This document shows, in pieces, positions 1 to 12,300 of a stretch of DNA of 64,000 nucleotides. The stretch spans positions 1 through 64,000 of the forward strand of contig MEDY01000149.1 of NCBI GenBank assembly GCA_001724265.1, in the 5' to 3' direction. This DNA comes from Rhizaria sp. SCN 62-66. Taxonomy: Eukaryota. The position numbers were made by a program, and so were the translations under genes. The notes beneath the pieces are model-generated. The model was not told the origin of the DNA, searched no databases, and worked only from the letters and a program-made list of their open reading frames with translations. How positions within the stretch are numbered: the first letter of the stretch is position 1; each line of letters begins with the position of its first letter.

Positions 1-66
1 CGACCGACCGACCGACCGACCGACCGACCGACCGACCGACCGACCGACCGACCGACCGACCGACCG
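1..66. repeat. (CGAC)n tetranucleotide microsatellite, truncated by the window edge
   Basis: About 16 perfect CGAC units from position 1. Confidence 0.95.
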
Positions 67-995
67 ATCGTCTGATTATGAGCGCGCGCAGTTTCTTGCT
101 GCCGCCAGCGCTCTGTCCAGTCTGTCCGTGCCCGCGGCGACTGTGTCGACCGTGACTGCAGCGATCAGAGCGGTGACTGAGATCGTGGCGTCGTGTGCGT
201 TTGCATGTGCGCGTGAGGGCGCCTCTGAGCAATGTTGTTGTGCTTGTGTGCATGAGCGCGGCTGTGGCCGTGGCCGCTGACTGTGCGCGTGCGTGCGACT
301 GTATGGGACCGAGTGCGTGTGCCTGCGAGCAAAGAGTTTATCCAGATGTGCTTTCGCTTAGCCGTCTGTTCTCTCTTGCTTGCGCACAGTCACCGTGTCC
401 CAGTTGCTCTCACGCGCCTCGCAGCCCCCGCGTCGCAGGCGCAATCGCAACCGCTGTTGTGCTCGGAGTCATCATACCGCAACAGCACTCCGTCCCGGTA
501 ATCTCGACATCACACGAAACAAGCAACATCTTCAAGATTAGACATCCAAAATATAGCGTGAGTATCATTTTTCTTTGATGATGCAAATGCGGCTGAATAC
601 ATTTCGAATATTCTCCACTACAATTCACGTCATGTTCATTTTTAAGTCTTATGATGCATCGAAGTATTGATGTGAACATGGCTTAGTTTATTCTCAAATG
701 TACAAGTCAGCGTCATCATGAACGCAACGACTGGTTACAGCTCAGCCTGGCCCAGTTATCCCCGCATCGGTCAATAGCCAGATAGGACTCACACACAAAC
801 ATACACAGTGGGTACGCGCTGTCATGCGCTCAGAGCGACTCACACATACGCACAGATAGATGCCCCATCCAGGACAAAACGATGCGATACAAAAAGTAGA
901 TATTGCGAGATATCGCATTAATACACGAGCACGAATCAAAAACTCAAACAATCATTTGAACACACACATCTTCAGTGTTCACGATGCTCCGCTCT

Positions 996-2363
996 TCACG
1001 GCTGCGCGCCTCCGTGCGCGGCCTTGTCTTGGTCGCGGATCTTCTTGGCGAGGAACTTGATGCTAGCGGCCTCGCCCTCCGCGCCGGCCTCGAGCTTCTT
1101 GTCCTTAACGACGTCGGTAATAATTCGCGCCATCTCCTTATTCACGCCGCGGTTCGCGTGCTCCATGCGCGCGCGCTCCTCGTCCTGGTCTACGCGCGTG
1201 CGCACCAATCCGCTGTGCGTGCCTTTATGCGCGACGCCCAGCGTGCTGCCCATAAAGTGCGCCAGCGAGCCCTTGTTCACACCCGCAGACGCGCCGCCCG
1301 CGGACGTGCCGACGGAGCCGCGCTGCTGCCCGCTGGTGCTGGCGGCGCCGCTCGTGCTGTTGTTGCGGGGCGCCTGCGAGTAGGAGAAGACAGGGTGCTG
1401 GCCGCTCGAGTGGTGCACACTGCCGCCCGCCACCGCAGGGGCCGCCGCCGCCGCGCCGGGCTTCTCCCACGCCGCTGCGCGCTGCTGCAAGAACGACGAG
1501 CTGTGGCCGCCGCCGCCGCTCGCGCTGCCGCTGTTAGTCTGGAAGGTTGAGGCGCGGCGCGCGACGTCGGAGCTCGAGCCGGCGTTGGGGCGCGCGGGCG
1601 CCGTCGCAAACGTGGACGAGGTCGTCGGCACAGGTGCGGCGGCAGCGGGCGCAGGGGCCGGGGCAGCGGCGGGGGCCGGGGTGTGGACAGCAGCAGGCGC
1701 AGGCGCAGGCGCAGGCGCAGCGGCAGCGGGCGCGGGCTTAGCAGCAGCAGGCGCAGCAGCAGCGGCCGGCGCGGCACTGGCAGTGGGAGCGATGTCAGAG
1801 GTCTTAGTGACCGCGGCAGCAGCCGCAAGCGCGGAGGCCATGTTAGAGGTGGTGGAGGTCGCGGCGGGCTTGTTGATGAGGTCCTTGAGCTCGCTGCTCA
1901 GCGGGGTCGCAGTCGCGAAGGCGGAGGAGAAACCGCCGGCAGGCTTCGTGGCAGCAGCAGGGGCAGCGGCAACAGGGGCAGGCGCGGGGGCAGCAGCAAC
2001 GGCGACGGGCGCGGCGTCAGCGACAGGAGCAGGCGCAGCCTCAGGCTCGGGCTCAGAAGCAGCCTCCTTCGCAGCAGACTGCTCTTGCTGCTCCTGCTCC
2101 TGCTCGACAACTGGCTCGACAACAGGAGGAGCGGCCACGGGCTCGGGCTCGGGGGCGGCAGCAGCGGGCTCGGGCGCCTTCTCCTGCACAGGGGTAGGCG
2201 CGGGCTCCACAGCGACAGGCTCGGACACAGGAGCAACAGCAACAGCAGCGGGCGGAAGAGCAGAAGCTGCAGCAAGCGAAGGGGCAGCGACGACGTCCTT
2301 CTTGGGACGGAGGTCGGCGTCGTCCCACTCAAGGTCGTCCACAGGGTTCTCGACGGAAGACAT
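996..2363 (-). CDS. Ala/Pro-rich, largely disordered hypothetical protein with a short helical C-terminal region
   Basis: ORF 996..2444 has strong GC3 codon bias from the ATG at 2363 (MSSVENPVDDLEWDD). That ATG directly follows ...TGCGTGCAG, a possible acceptor of a 5' intron. Ends in TGA. Confidence 0.75.
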   Translation of the reverse strand: MSSVENPVDDLEWDDADLRPKKDVVAAPSLAAASALPPAAVAVAPVSEPVAVEPAPTPVQEKAPEPAAAAPEPEPVAAPPVVEPVVEQEQEQQEQSAAKEAASEPEPEAAPAPVADAAPVAVAAAPAPAPVAAAPAAATKPAGGFSSAFATATPLSSELKDLINKPAATSTTSNMASALAAAAAVTKTSDIAPTASAAPAAAAAPAAAKPAPAAAAPAPAPAPAAVHTPAPAAAPAPAPAAAAPVPTTSSTFATAPARPNAGSSSDVARRASTFQTNSGSASGGGGHSSSFLQQRAAAWEKPGAAAAAPAVAGGSVHHSSGQHPVFSYSQAPRNNSTSGAASTSGQQRGSVGTSAGGASAGVNKGSLAHFMGSTLGVAHKGTHSGLVRTRVDQDEERARMEHANRGVNKEMARIITDVVKDKKLEAGAEGEAASIKFLAKKIRDQDKAAHGGAQP

Positions 2364-2857
2364 CTGCACGCAAAGCATGGTAATACAGGGAAATTTCCAT
2401 GGTGTGAGCGCTGAAGAGCGAGAAGGAGCAAGGAGGTGCGGCAACTAAAGCAAACACGACGTGCTGCTAGCACGCGCTTTAATAGGGCTGTTCGAGATCG
2501 GAGTACAGTGGATATAGCAAATAATAGAAAGGCCAATACGAGAAAACACACATTTAAGCTATACAGAGGTCGACGGGAGTTGACAGACAGTGTATATCCA
2601 AAAATTGATTACCCACAAGGAATTGGCACTTTCGACTTCGATTCCAATTTTTCGGAACAACAGCAAGGTTATGCCCAAGCTAATCGAGGCAATTTTCACT
2701 TCCAATGCGACATGTATCATCCGTCATTGCAAATGCAGACGACGCAACAAGACTGAAAGCATTTTATTATCGCTGACTCTAAAACTTTATCAACTCTACA
2801 ACTCTTATAACTCACTCTATCCCACTTTTCTGACCACATGCAGCTGGTTGACGCCAC

Positions 2858-3933
2858 ATGCTTTCGTCCCGCCGCGTTGTTTCCCGAGCGCTGAGCTCGC
2901 TCCTGTTGGGTCCACTTGCGTCTTCAGCCGCGCACCGGGTCTTTCACAACATCTCCGCGTCTTCCTTTGCGCAGCTCACGGCCTGCGCGGGCCCCGAGGT
3001 GTCCCCCGCCGAGGCCGCGGCGGCGCTGTCGGCGATGCACACTGCCCAGCACACGCTCGTCATGCGCGACTCCGCGCTGCGCAAGTTCGGCCCGGCGCGT
3101 GACCCCCGCGGCGACGCCGAGCCCACAGACGCGCGTTACGCGCTCCTGAGCTCGCTAGCGCGGTTTAAAGTCGCGTACGCGTCTGTGCCGGCGTCAAAGG
3201 CGGGCAGCTCCGACGCACGCCACGAGAGCTTCCCCGTCGCCGACTCCGTGAGCGACGACGTCACCGTGGAGCGCGTGCACAAGCACATGGAGGTCGCCAC
3301 CGCGCGCGGCGTGTTTGCGTGCAACTACGGGTGGAGCGCACAAAGGGTATGTCACCATTGGTCACTGATGACTTCGCTTTGCAACCAATATCTTCACTCC
3401 ATGTTGTGCGATTTAAAGTGACGCATGAGAAGTGTCACTGGTGTGTTTCAAGTTGTATTTGTAACATATGTTTTACGAAAGTATACTGTGTCATGTGACA
3501 GTTAGAATCTCTTTTTCATGTGTCTTATTACACTTATTTGTGTGATTTTTTTTGACGCTCGCAGACTACAATGGACATGGGTCTCAACGGCAGCCTCACC
3601 AAGCTCCTCATCTCTACCCCTGTCGTGTCTGCGAGCACTACCGCTACCGCTACTGCTGCTTCTGAGTCTACAGCGGCCGCGAGCGACGTTGTTGCCGTGT
3701 CGTCGTACTCGTACAGCGATGCACCTAGTCCCTCCGCCCTCTCCCCTGAGGGCGCCGAGGCGCTGCAGGCGCTGCTGGCGGCGCTTCGGGAGTCCGAGCC
3801 GCTGCCCGCGACGCCACGCGCGCTGGAGGCGCTGACGGCCGAGGAGCTCAACTGGTGGCTGTGCTACGCGCTGACTCATCCGTCTAACTGGGCCTTCGAC
3901 CGCATCACGCAGCATCTGCTCCCGCGCAACTAA
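2858..3933 (+). CDS. Two-exon hypothetical protein (exons 2858-3346, 3565-3933; ~285 aa) with a mitochondrial-presequence-like N-terminus
   Basis: Phase-0 intron AGG|GTATGT...CGCAG|ACT joins ORF 2858 to ORF 3571 in frame. The N-terminus MLSSRRVVSRALSSLLL is Arg/Ser/Leu-rich with no acidic residues. Ends in TAA. Confidence 0.65.
3347..3564 (+). other. Spliceosomal intron (218 nt)
   Basis: GTATGT donor, AT-rich body, T-tract plus CAG acceptor; restores the frame. Confidence 0.7.
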
Positions 3934-4339
3934 GGCCGGGCTAAAGGAGGACATATCACTTATTTAATACCAGAGCATTGTTATTTAGCTTTCCACATTA
4001 CCTATAATACATCTTTTAATTTTTTGACTGACGATCTTGTCAGTGACCGACTCAGGAAAGAGCTGAAATCGAGTTTGACTGCAGCTGATTTTTTAGGTCC
4101 AGTTGAAGTGTCACAAGCAAGCCAACGACATTGTTGAGCCTTGAAAAAACGCAAATTCCTGCTTGGCGGGTCTGATAATTTGAGATGTAATTGATTGAAT
4201 AGATATTCCAGCTTACATTCTTGCCTTAGATTTATTGATTTCATTCTGATGACCTTTCTGACTCTGGCTCACGTCGTGTTTGGTCCAACCGTTACTTCGC
4301 CCCTGATCAATCACAGTCCACCCCTACACAACACAGCCA

Positions 4340-6341
4340 ATGAAGCGTCGTGGGACGGTTCGCGCGCCAAATGGCGTTCTCGCCGCGAACCCTACCTACA
4401 CAGAGCAGTCCTCGCAGTGCCGCGAGAAGGCCCGCTCACAGGAGGACATTGACGCTGACCCCGTCGGCACGATGAAGGGCCGCCCGCTCAAGCCTCCTGT
4501 CCAGGCGCGGAAACAGACACAAACCAAGCTCATGCCGATGATTCCCGTGCCCGCAATCCCGCCCACGCCTCCCGTAAAGCTTGAGTGGGGCCCCAGCGCG
4601 CCGCAGCTCCCGTCCGCAGGCATCATCGAATCGTACCTGCTCCCCGAGCCGTGGAACCCCGCCCGCGTGGCCAAGGATGTCACGCAACCCTCGGCGCCGT
4701 CCGCGCTCGCGCCCCTGCTCTCCGCCTTTGCCCCGCTCGCCGGCCCCGGCACGCCCGGCTTTACCGGCACCGGGTTTGGCCGCTCCGGGCTTGCCACCTC
4801 GCGCGCACATTCCACGACGGCAGCGGCAGCGGCCGCGGCGGGCTCCAGCTCCGGCGGCTCGCACGCCTTCGCCTTCTCCGCCACCGCGTCCTCCGCCGCG
4901 GGCGGCGCGGGCTCGGCGCTGTTCGAGGACCCGGACGGGATTCCCGCGCTGCCGCCCTCGCTGGCGCCCCTGGTTGCCTCCTGGGTCCGCATCCCCGCCC
5001 TCTACAATATTGCGCGCGGCGTCTCCGAGAAGGCGCTGTCGGTGCGCACGCCTCAGCCCCACGCGCCGGGCTCCGCGTCCACGGCTACGCCCGCCGCGGC
5101 CGCCGCCTCGGCTTCCGCTCCTACCTCGGGCCCTGGCGCCTCCGCCACGGCCTCGGCCTCCGGGAGCTCCGCGAGCGCGGCCTCGACCGCCGGATCCGGC
5201 GCTGGCGCCGGCGCGGCCTCCGGCGCGCCCCCCGCGCCTGTGCCTGCGACGACCGCGGCAGCGACCGCGGCCGCGACCGCGGCGGCGGGCCTGCTCGCGG
5301 CGCCCGTGGCGGGCGACCGCGGCGCGTGCGGCGTGCTGCCCCCGCCCGTCGCCTCGGCCTGGGGCTGCGCCGCGGCCGCGCAGCTCAACCTGTTGTGCAC
5401 GTTGGCGCCTGTCGCGGCGCGCGACGCGCTGTTGTGGGAGGGCATTTTGCCGCGCGGCAAGGACGGCGCGCCGCGCGTCAGCGAGCGCGGCCGCTACTGC
5501 GTGCGGCTGTTCGTCTTCGGCGAGTTCCGCGCGGTCACCGTCGATGATCTGGTCCCCGTCGACGCCGCGGGGCGCTCGCTGTTTCCCTTCGCCACGCACA
5601 GCGAGGAGATTTGGCCCATGCTGCTCTGCAAGGCCTTCCTTAAGGCCTTCCCGGGCCGCGACTTTGACCTCAACGCGCTGCCGCTGCTCGCCGCGCTGAC
5701 GGGCTGGGTCTCCGTCTCCCCCGCCGGCGCGCCCGCCGCTGCAGACACGGCCGCCGCCTTCGCGGCCCCGCGCCACGCGGCCGCGGCCCCGGGGCCCGGC
5801 GCGCAGCGGCTCATGGCGCTCGCCGGCCCAGGCGAGTGGTTCGCGGACCTGCTGCTGCGCGCGCCGCTGCCGGCCCCGCTAGCCGTGGCCTCGGGCACCG
5901 CCATCACGCACACGTCCACGGTGGGGCCGCTCACGCTCGCGGCGGCCACCGCGGCCGCGACCGCCGCCGCGCACGCCGCCGCTGCGGCCGCGGAAGGAGG
6001 TGCCAGCTTTAGCAACAGCAACAGCAGCTCAGTCCCTGGCGCCGGCGCCGGCTACGAGTCGTCACCCCCCGGCACCGCGGGCGCGGCCGCCGCGAGCGGC
6101 AGCGCCAGCAACAACAGCAGCGCGCCGCTCTCTGCGTCGGCCGCCGCCGCGCTGGCCGCGTCGGCCGCGAGCGGCGACCTGGAGGCCGCGCCCGCGGCGC
6201 CCGTGCTATGCGCCGTCGCCTTCCACACGAAGCAGCTGACGCCCGCCGCGGAACGTTTCCACCTGCCGTTCCCCCTGCCCGCCGCCGGCTCCGCCACCAA
6301 GGCCGTCGCCGCCGACATCGCAGCCTCGCTACCCGCCGTCT

Positions 6342-6380
<39 letters not shown>

Positions 6381-9300
6381 GTCTCAGCGCCCCTGTGGCG
6401 ACGCCAGAGGTCCCCGTGGCGGCCGCCGGCCCCGCAGGCCCTGGCGGCGCCAACGCGGCGTCGCTGTCACGCACGACCCGCGGCCTCACTTCGTATTATT
6501 CCTCCGGCTCTGCGTCCTTGTCTTCGTCTTCCGCTGCTGCTGCGCTGTCGACTGACTTCGCCACGTCCGCCGCGGCGTCAGCACCCGTGCCCGACCCGGC
6601 CCTCTCGTGCGGCGACGCCACCGCGGCGCCCTTCTTCGTGTACTCGATCGCGCTGGCGCCTGGCACGTCTGTGGACCCGTTCAAGCTGCCACGGCCCGCG
6701 CGCACCGCCGCGCTCGCGGCCGCTGCCGCCGCCACCGCCGCGGCGTCCTCAGTCGCCACGTCCTCGTGCGGCGCCGGCTCCGCCCCCGGCGCGTCCCCCA
6801 GCGCCAAGCGCGCCGCGGCCGCGGCCGGCTCCGCCCCCGGCAGCAGCTCCGGCGGTGGCGCGCAGCCGGTGCGCCCCGCGAGCGGGCGCCGCACGAGCCG
6901 GTCCACCGAGCGCCGCGGCGGCAGCGCGAGCCCGCAGCCCGACGCGGCCCCTGAGGACGACGACGCGGGCTCGCTGTCCTCCGTCATGGCCGCAGAGGCG
7001 CAGGCGCCCGCGAGCGCGCCCGACGCGGAGCTGGGCGCCGCTGCGGCCGCGCTCGAGGCGTTCCTGGACTCGCCCGCGTGCAAGGTCGTGGTGACGGAGC
7101 TGCTCTCGCGCGCGTCGTGGCTTGTCCCGCTCTCGGTCGCGCGCGCCGCGTTCCCGTCCGTGCGCGTCGTGATGGACCTTGCCGCGCTGCCCTTCCAGGC
7201 ACTGGCTGTCGAGACGTGCCGCGACCCGCGCCGTGGCTGGACGCCCGCCCCGCACGCGCTGCTCACCGTCCCCGCGCTCGCCGCGCCCACCGACGTGCTG
7301 CTCACGCTCGAGCCCGTGCTGCCGGCCGCCGCAGCGCTGCCCGCGCGCGTGCCCGTCTCGGGAGCCGCGCTGCCGCCTGTGCTCGCCCTGGCCCGCGCCG
7401 CCGCGCTCGCCGCCGCGCGCGCCGCCGCAGGGGACTCTGACTCGGAGGCCGAGGACTCGGCCTCCGCGGCCGCGCACGAGGCCGATGCCCAGGCCGCCCG
7501 CGCGCGTGCCTACTTGCTCGCGTCTTCGGCCTCCGCGTCAGCGTCAGCGTCAGGCCTGCGCCGCTCTGGCGGCCCGCTCGCGGTGAGCCTTGACTCGCCC
7601 TCGGGTTCGCCTGGCGTGCCCGCGCGCGCGCTGACGATCAGGCGCCCAGATACGGCGGCTTCGGCCTCGGCCGACGACGCGCGCGCGCTGCCGCCTGTGA
7701 CCTTCGCCTTCGGGCTCACTGTCACCGACTGGGGCTGGGCCGACACGCCCTGCTCGTCCCCCGCGCCCGCCGCGGCCGCCTCGCTGGCCCCGGTCGCGGC
7801 CACCGCGCTCGTCCCCGTCACACCCGGCCGCGGGCGCGCCGGCAGCCCCTCGGCGCCGCGCGTGCTTGCGCAGGGCAGCTGGGAGCACCAGGTGTACCTC
7901 GACGGCGCCGCCGCGCCCGAGCACGCGGTCACAGCCTTCCCGCGCCAGACGCTGCTGCTGCGCCTGCCGCCGAGCGCGACCCCGCGCGTGCTGCGCCTCG
8001 CGCCGTCAGCCCCGCTCGGCTACGCGCTGCGCGCCTCGTGCGCCGCCGCCGATGCCGCGGGCTCGGCCGACCTGCCCGTGATGCGCCTCGCGGCGCTGTG
8101 CGCGCACGCCACTGCGCAGACCACGGTACGCACGCGCGCGCAAAAGGCGCTCACCGCGCTCGTCGACTCGGCCGCGCTGGCCGAGTCCGTCTACCCCGCC
8201 CTCACCGCGGCCGCCGCCGCCACCGCCGCTGCGGCCGCCGGCGCGGGCCACGGGGCCGCCGGCGCCGACCCCGAGGCGAGCCACGCCTCAGTGCCCGCGC
8301 CATCTCCGACCTCCGCGTCCGGCTCCGGCTCCGGCTCTGGCTCCGGCTCTTCTGGCAGTGCGTCAGCCTCGGGGGCGGGCTCGTCGCGCAAGACTGCGCG
8401 TCCGTCGAGCAGCTCCGGCAGCGGCACCGCAGCCGCGGGCGGCAACGCGCAGAACGCCGCCGCCGCTGCCGCTGCTGAGGCCGCCGCCGCGGAGGCCGCT
8501 GCGGCTGCCGCCGCCGCGGCCGCGCCCCCCGGCGCGCTGACCCTGGCGCACTACCCCACGGTGGCGCTGCCGACGCTGCCCGCGCTGCCGTTCCCGCTGC
8601 CCTTCGCGCCCGCTTCGCGCGCCGTTGCCGCGGCCTTCGCTCCCGCCGCGCTTACCGCTGCGCCCGCGCGCCACAGCCTCGGCCGCAACGTCTCGGCGAC
8701 CGAGGACGGCGACGGCGCTGGCCCCGAGGACGACGGCGGGAGTGGCAGCAACGCCGCGTCGGCCGCGTCGCTTACCGCCTCCGGCTTCACGCCCGCCGGC
8801 GGGTCCGGGCGCTCGTACAGCGCGTCATCGGCCCGCAACAGCACGGGCAGCGGCACTGGCGCCGCGAGCGGTGCCCGGCGCTCGCTGCTGGGCGCCCCGT
8901 CCGACGGCAATCTTGCGACCACCAGCGGCGACGCGACTCCCGGCTCCGGCTCCGACTGGTACCTGTCGCCGTTCCGCCCGCGCTCCCCCGCGCCCGCGCC
9001 GTCGTCGTCCCCGGCCCCGTGCGTGCCCGTCGGCGCCCGCAACGCCACTGCGGCGCCCCCCGCGGCGCTGTGGGCGCTCGGCGGCCGCTTTGCGCTCGAC
9101 CACCCGCGCCTCGGGCTGCCCGTGGCCGGCGCAGAGGCGCTGCGGCTGCTCGCGCTGGCCGCCGCCGCGGCCGCGGCCGCCGCGGGGCCCCTGGTGACAC
9201 CCGCGCCCGCGCTGCTCCCCGGCGAGGTCCGCTGGGGCTCTGGCGTGGCGGGCGCGGCGGCCGCAGCGGCGATGGGGAGCGCGCGCGCCGTGGCAGAACT

Positions 9301-12300
9301 GCGCACGATCGAGGGCCACTTCACCACGCAGCCGCAGCACACTTGGTTCGTGCCGTTCAAGTACACGCTCGAGCTTCCCACAGTCGCCGACCCCGTCGCG
9401 GCCGCGCTCGCCGTCGCCGCGGAGACCGCCGCCGAGACCGCTGCGGCCGCGTCGGGCGGCGGCTACGGCTCGCCCTCGGGCTCCGAGTCGGACCGCGCCG
9501 CCGCTGCCGCCACCGCGGCCATGGCCCCTGCACCCCCGCAGGCGGGCTATACGACCTCGGCTGCAGGCCCCCGCGCCGCCGCCGCCTCGGCCGCGCTGAC
9601 CACTGGCAGCAGCGGCGGCGCCAACAGCAGCGCCGTGTCGCTGAGCGCGCGGCGCCGGGCCACGTTCGCGGCGGCCCCGCTGTCGCCGTCGTCGACCCCG
9701 GGGTTGGGCGCCGCGTCGCTCTGCGCATCCGCGGGCCCCGCGGCGTTGCCCACCGTGCTCTCGGTCACGCTCGCCGTCGACTCGCCCGCCGCGGCCGCCG
9801 CGGCCACGCTCTACGTGACGGACCTGGACACGGGCCTCTCTCGCGCGCTGCCGTCTCTGACGCCGCCGCCCATTGCGCTGCTGCCCAACTGCGCCGGGTA
9901 CACGCTCTTCGCCGCCATGCGCGCGCCGGCCGCGGCCCCGCTTTCCGGCTGTCGCTGGACGCTCCAGGTCGCCGCGCTTGCCCCCGCGCCGCTGCTCGCC
10001 TTCGGACAGGACTTCCCCTTCGTCGAGCCTGCGCGCGCCGGCGCCGCCGTGCCCGCCGGGTCGCTCGCGCCGCCCGCGCCTGTCGCGCCCGCCGCAGCGG
10101 CCGCCGCGTCCTCCGCCGCCGCCGCCGCCGCCGCTGCCGCCGCCGCCGCGGCGCCCGCGTCGGGCCCCGTGGCCGTGCTGCCCCCCTCGGCGCTCGTGTT
10201 CCAGTCGGCCGCGCTGCTGCCGCAGGTGCCCGCGCAGCTCACGCTGCCCGCTGCCTCACCCGCGGCACTGGGCACGCGCACCGCGCCCGCGACGGCGCCG
10301 CTGCTGGCCGCCATCCACGGAGCCGCCGCGCTCACCGCCGCCGTCGGCTCTGTGGCAAACCCCGCGCTCGCGGCCGCCGCACTCGCCGCGCTGGTCGCCG
10401 CGCCTGCTGCCGCCGCCGCTGCTGCGGCCGCTGCAGCCGCAGCAGCTGCTGCCGCCGCGCCCGGTGCGCTGTCAGCGTCCGCGTCCGCCGGCGGCTCATC
10501 TGCTGCCTCGGCGTCATCGTCCTCTTTGTCGTCGTCCGCGTCGTCGCTGTCGTCGTCGCCGTCCGCGCTGACCGCCGCCGCGGCCGCCGTCTCCGGCGCC
10601 GCGCCCTCGGCCTCCGCAGGCGCCGCCGCGGCCGCGCTCTCGCTCTGGGCCCTGGGCGCCCCCGCGCCTGCGCCCACGGCGGCGCTGTCGTCGCTGGCGG
10701 CTGCCGCGCTGGCCACGCTCGCTGCGGCCCCCGCGCCGTCCACGGTCCCGCCCGCGCCCGCGCTCGCGTCCCCGCCCTGCGCCGCCGCGTCGTCGCTCGC
10801 CGCGCCGCTGCCCGCGCCCGCGTCGGGCGGGTCCTCACCGCCGCCGCCGCGGGGCTCGCGGGTCCCACGCAGCCCTACGCGACGGCCTTCTTCGGTTTCG
10901 CGGCCGCGGGCGGCAGCGCCATGGGCGGCACGGGCGCAGTCGGCGGCTCCCCCACGGCCGCTGCGGCCGCGGGTTCTGCTGGTCTGTCCTCGTCGTCGTC
11001 GCTGGGAGGGAGCGCGAATGCGACGCCGCTCAACGGCGGCGCGGCGCCGGCGCTGGTTGGCGCGTCGTCTGTCGCGCCCAGCCCTGGCCCCGGCGCCGGC
11101 GCCGCGCCCGCCACGGGCCGCGGCGGCAAGCCAGCGCCGGTGGAAACGGACCCGCTGCACGTGCTGAGCGGCTTCTCGGACGCGTACCACTCGAACCACG
11201 CGCACACGCTGTTCCGCACCGTGCTCACTGGCGCTACGGCCGCACCCGCGCAGTGCACGCTGCAGGTCTCGGCCGCAGCCCTGTGTCCGCTGCTGCCCGC
11301 GCCGCTGTGCGCAGGCGCCGCGGCCGCGCACGGGCCCACTACGGCAGCCGCGCTGCGCCGCCTGCTGCCGCGCGCGCCGCCGGGGCTGGAGGCCGAGTGG
11401 GAGCTGGCAACGGCGAGGCCTGCGGCCGAGGGTCCCGCGTTCGTGGTGTCGGTGTACCACGTCGACGACCTCGTCATCGGCCCCGGGGAAGACTGCCTCG
11501 CCCCGCAGCGCGCACCCGTGCCCATCATCACGCGTGCCGGCCGCGGCACCGTGGTGCTGCCCGCGCTCTTCCCCTCCAAGGACCACCGCTATCTGCTCCA
11601 CGCGCGCCTGCTGCCGGGGCCCGACGGCGGGCTCGCGCTCGCCGCCGCGCTCGACCGCCTCGCGCCGCACGCGCTCGCCGCCGCCGTGTCAGCCAACCTC
11701 GCCGCGGAGGCCTACCCAGTCACCGCCGCGCCCTGGGCGCCCGCCGTGCTGCCCGCGGTGACTGTGCTCGCGGCCCAGAGCGGCGACCCCGCCGCCGTCG
11801 GCACGGTTGGCGCCGCGCTCGCCGCCGCCGCGCTCGTTGCCAACCCGGGCTCCGGCCGCGGCGGCGCGGCGGGCGGCGGCGGCGGCAACAGCGGCGTCAC
11901 GGGCGGCTCCTCGCGGGCGCCGAGGACCGCGTCGACGCGCTGCGCTGGTTCGTGCGCGTCGCGGGCACCGCGCCCATGACACTGGCGCACGACCTGAGCG
12001 TCGAGGACGAGCTCTGCGCGGTCAAGACCGCCTGGGAAAAGGCCGCGCCCGGCCGCGCCAAGAAAGCCAAGGCTGCGCGCGAGCGCTTCGCCTCCGCTCC
12101 GGTCCCCGCGCCGCTGCAGCCGGCCACGGCCGCGCTCGCCGCCGCCGCCGCCGCAGGCGCCGCCGCCGCCGCGCTGTCGTGCCTGGGCCGCGCGCGCGCG
12201 CCGCCCGCGGTGTCGATCACGGCCGCACGCGCCAACGCGGACGCGAGCGTGGGCGCGGTCACGGGCCTCACGACGGCCTCGCCCGCGGTGGTGCGCTCCG

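Noticed and set aside
1-66. CGAC array as a telomere or CRISPR
   Set aside because: The 4-bp unit has no spacers and does not resemble TTAGGG-type telomeric repeats; it is a simple microsatellite.
67-580. Moderately GC-rich stretch with short ORFs next to the CGAC microsatellite
   Set aside because: No frame has convincing codon bias or motifs. It may be a gene fragment cut by the window edge but cannot be supported.
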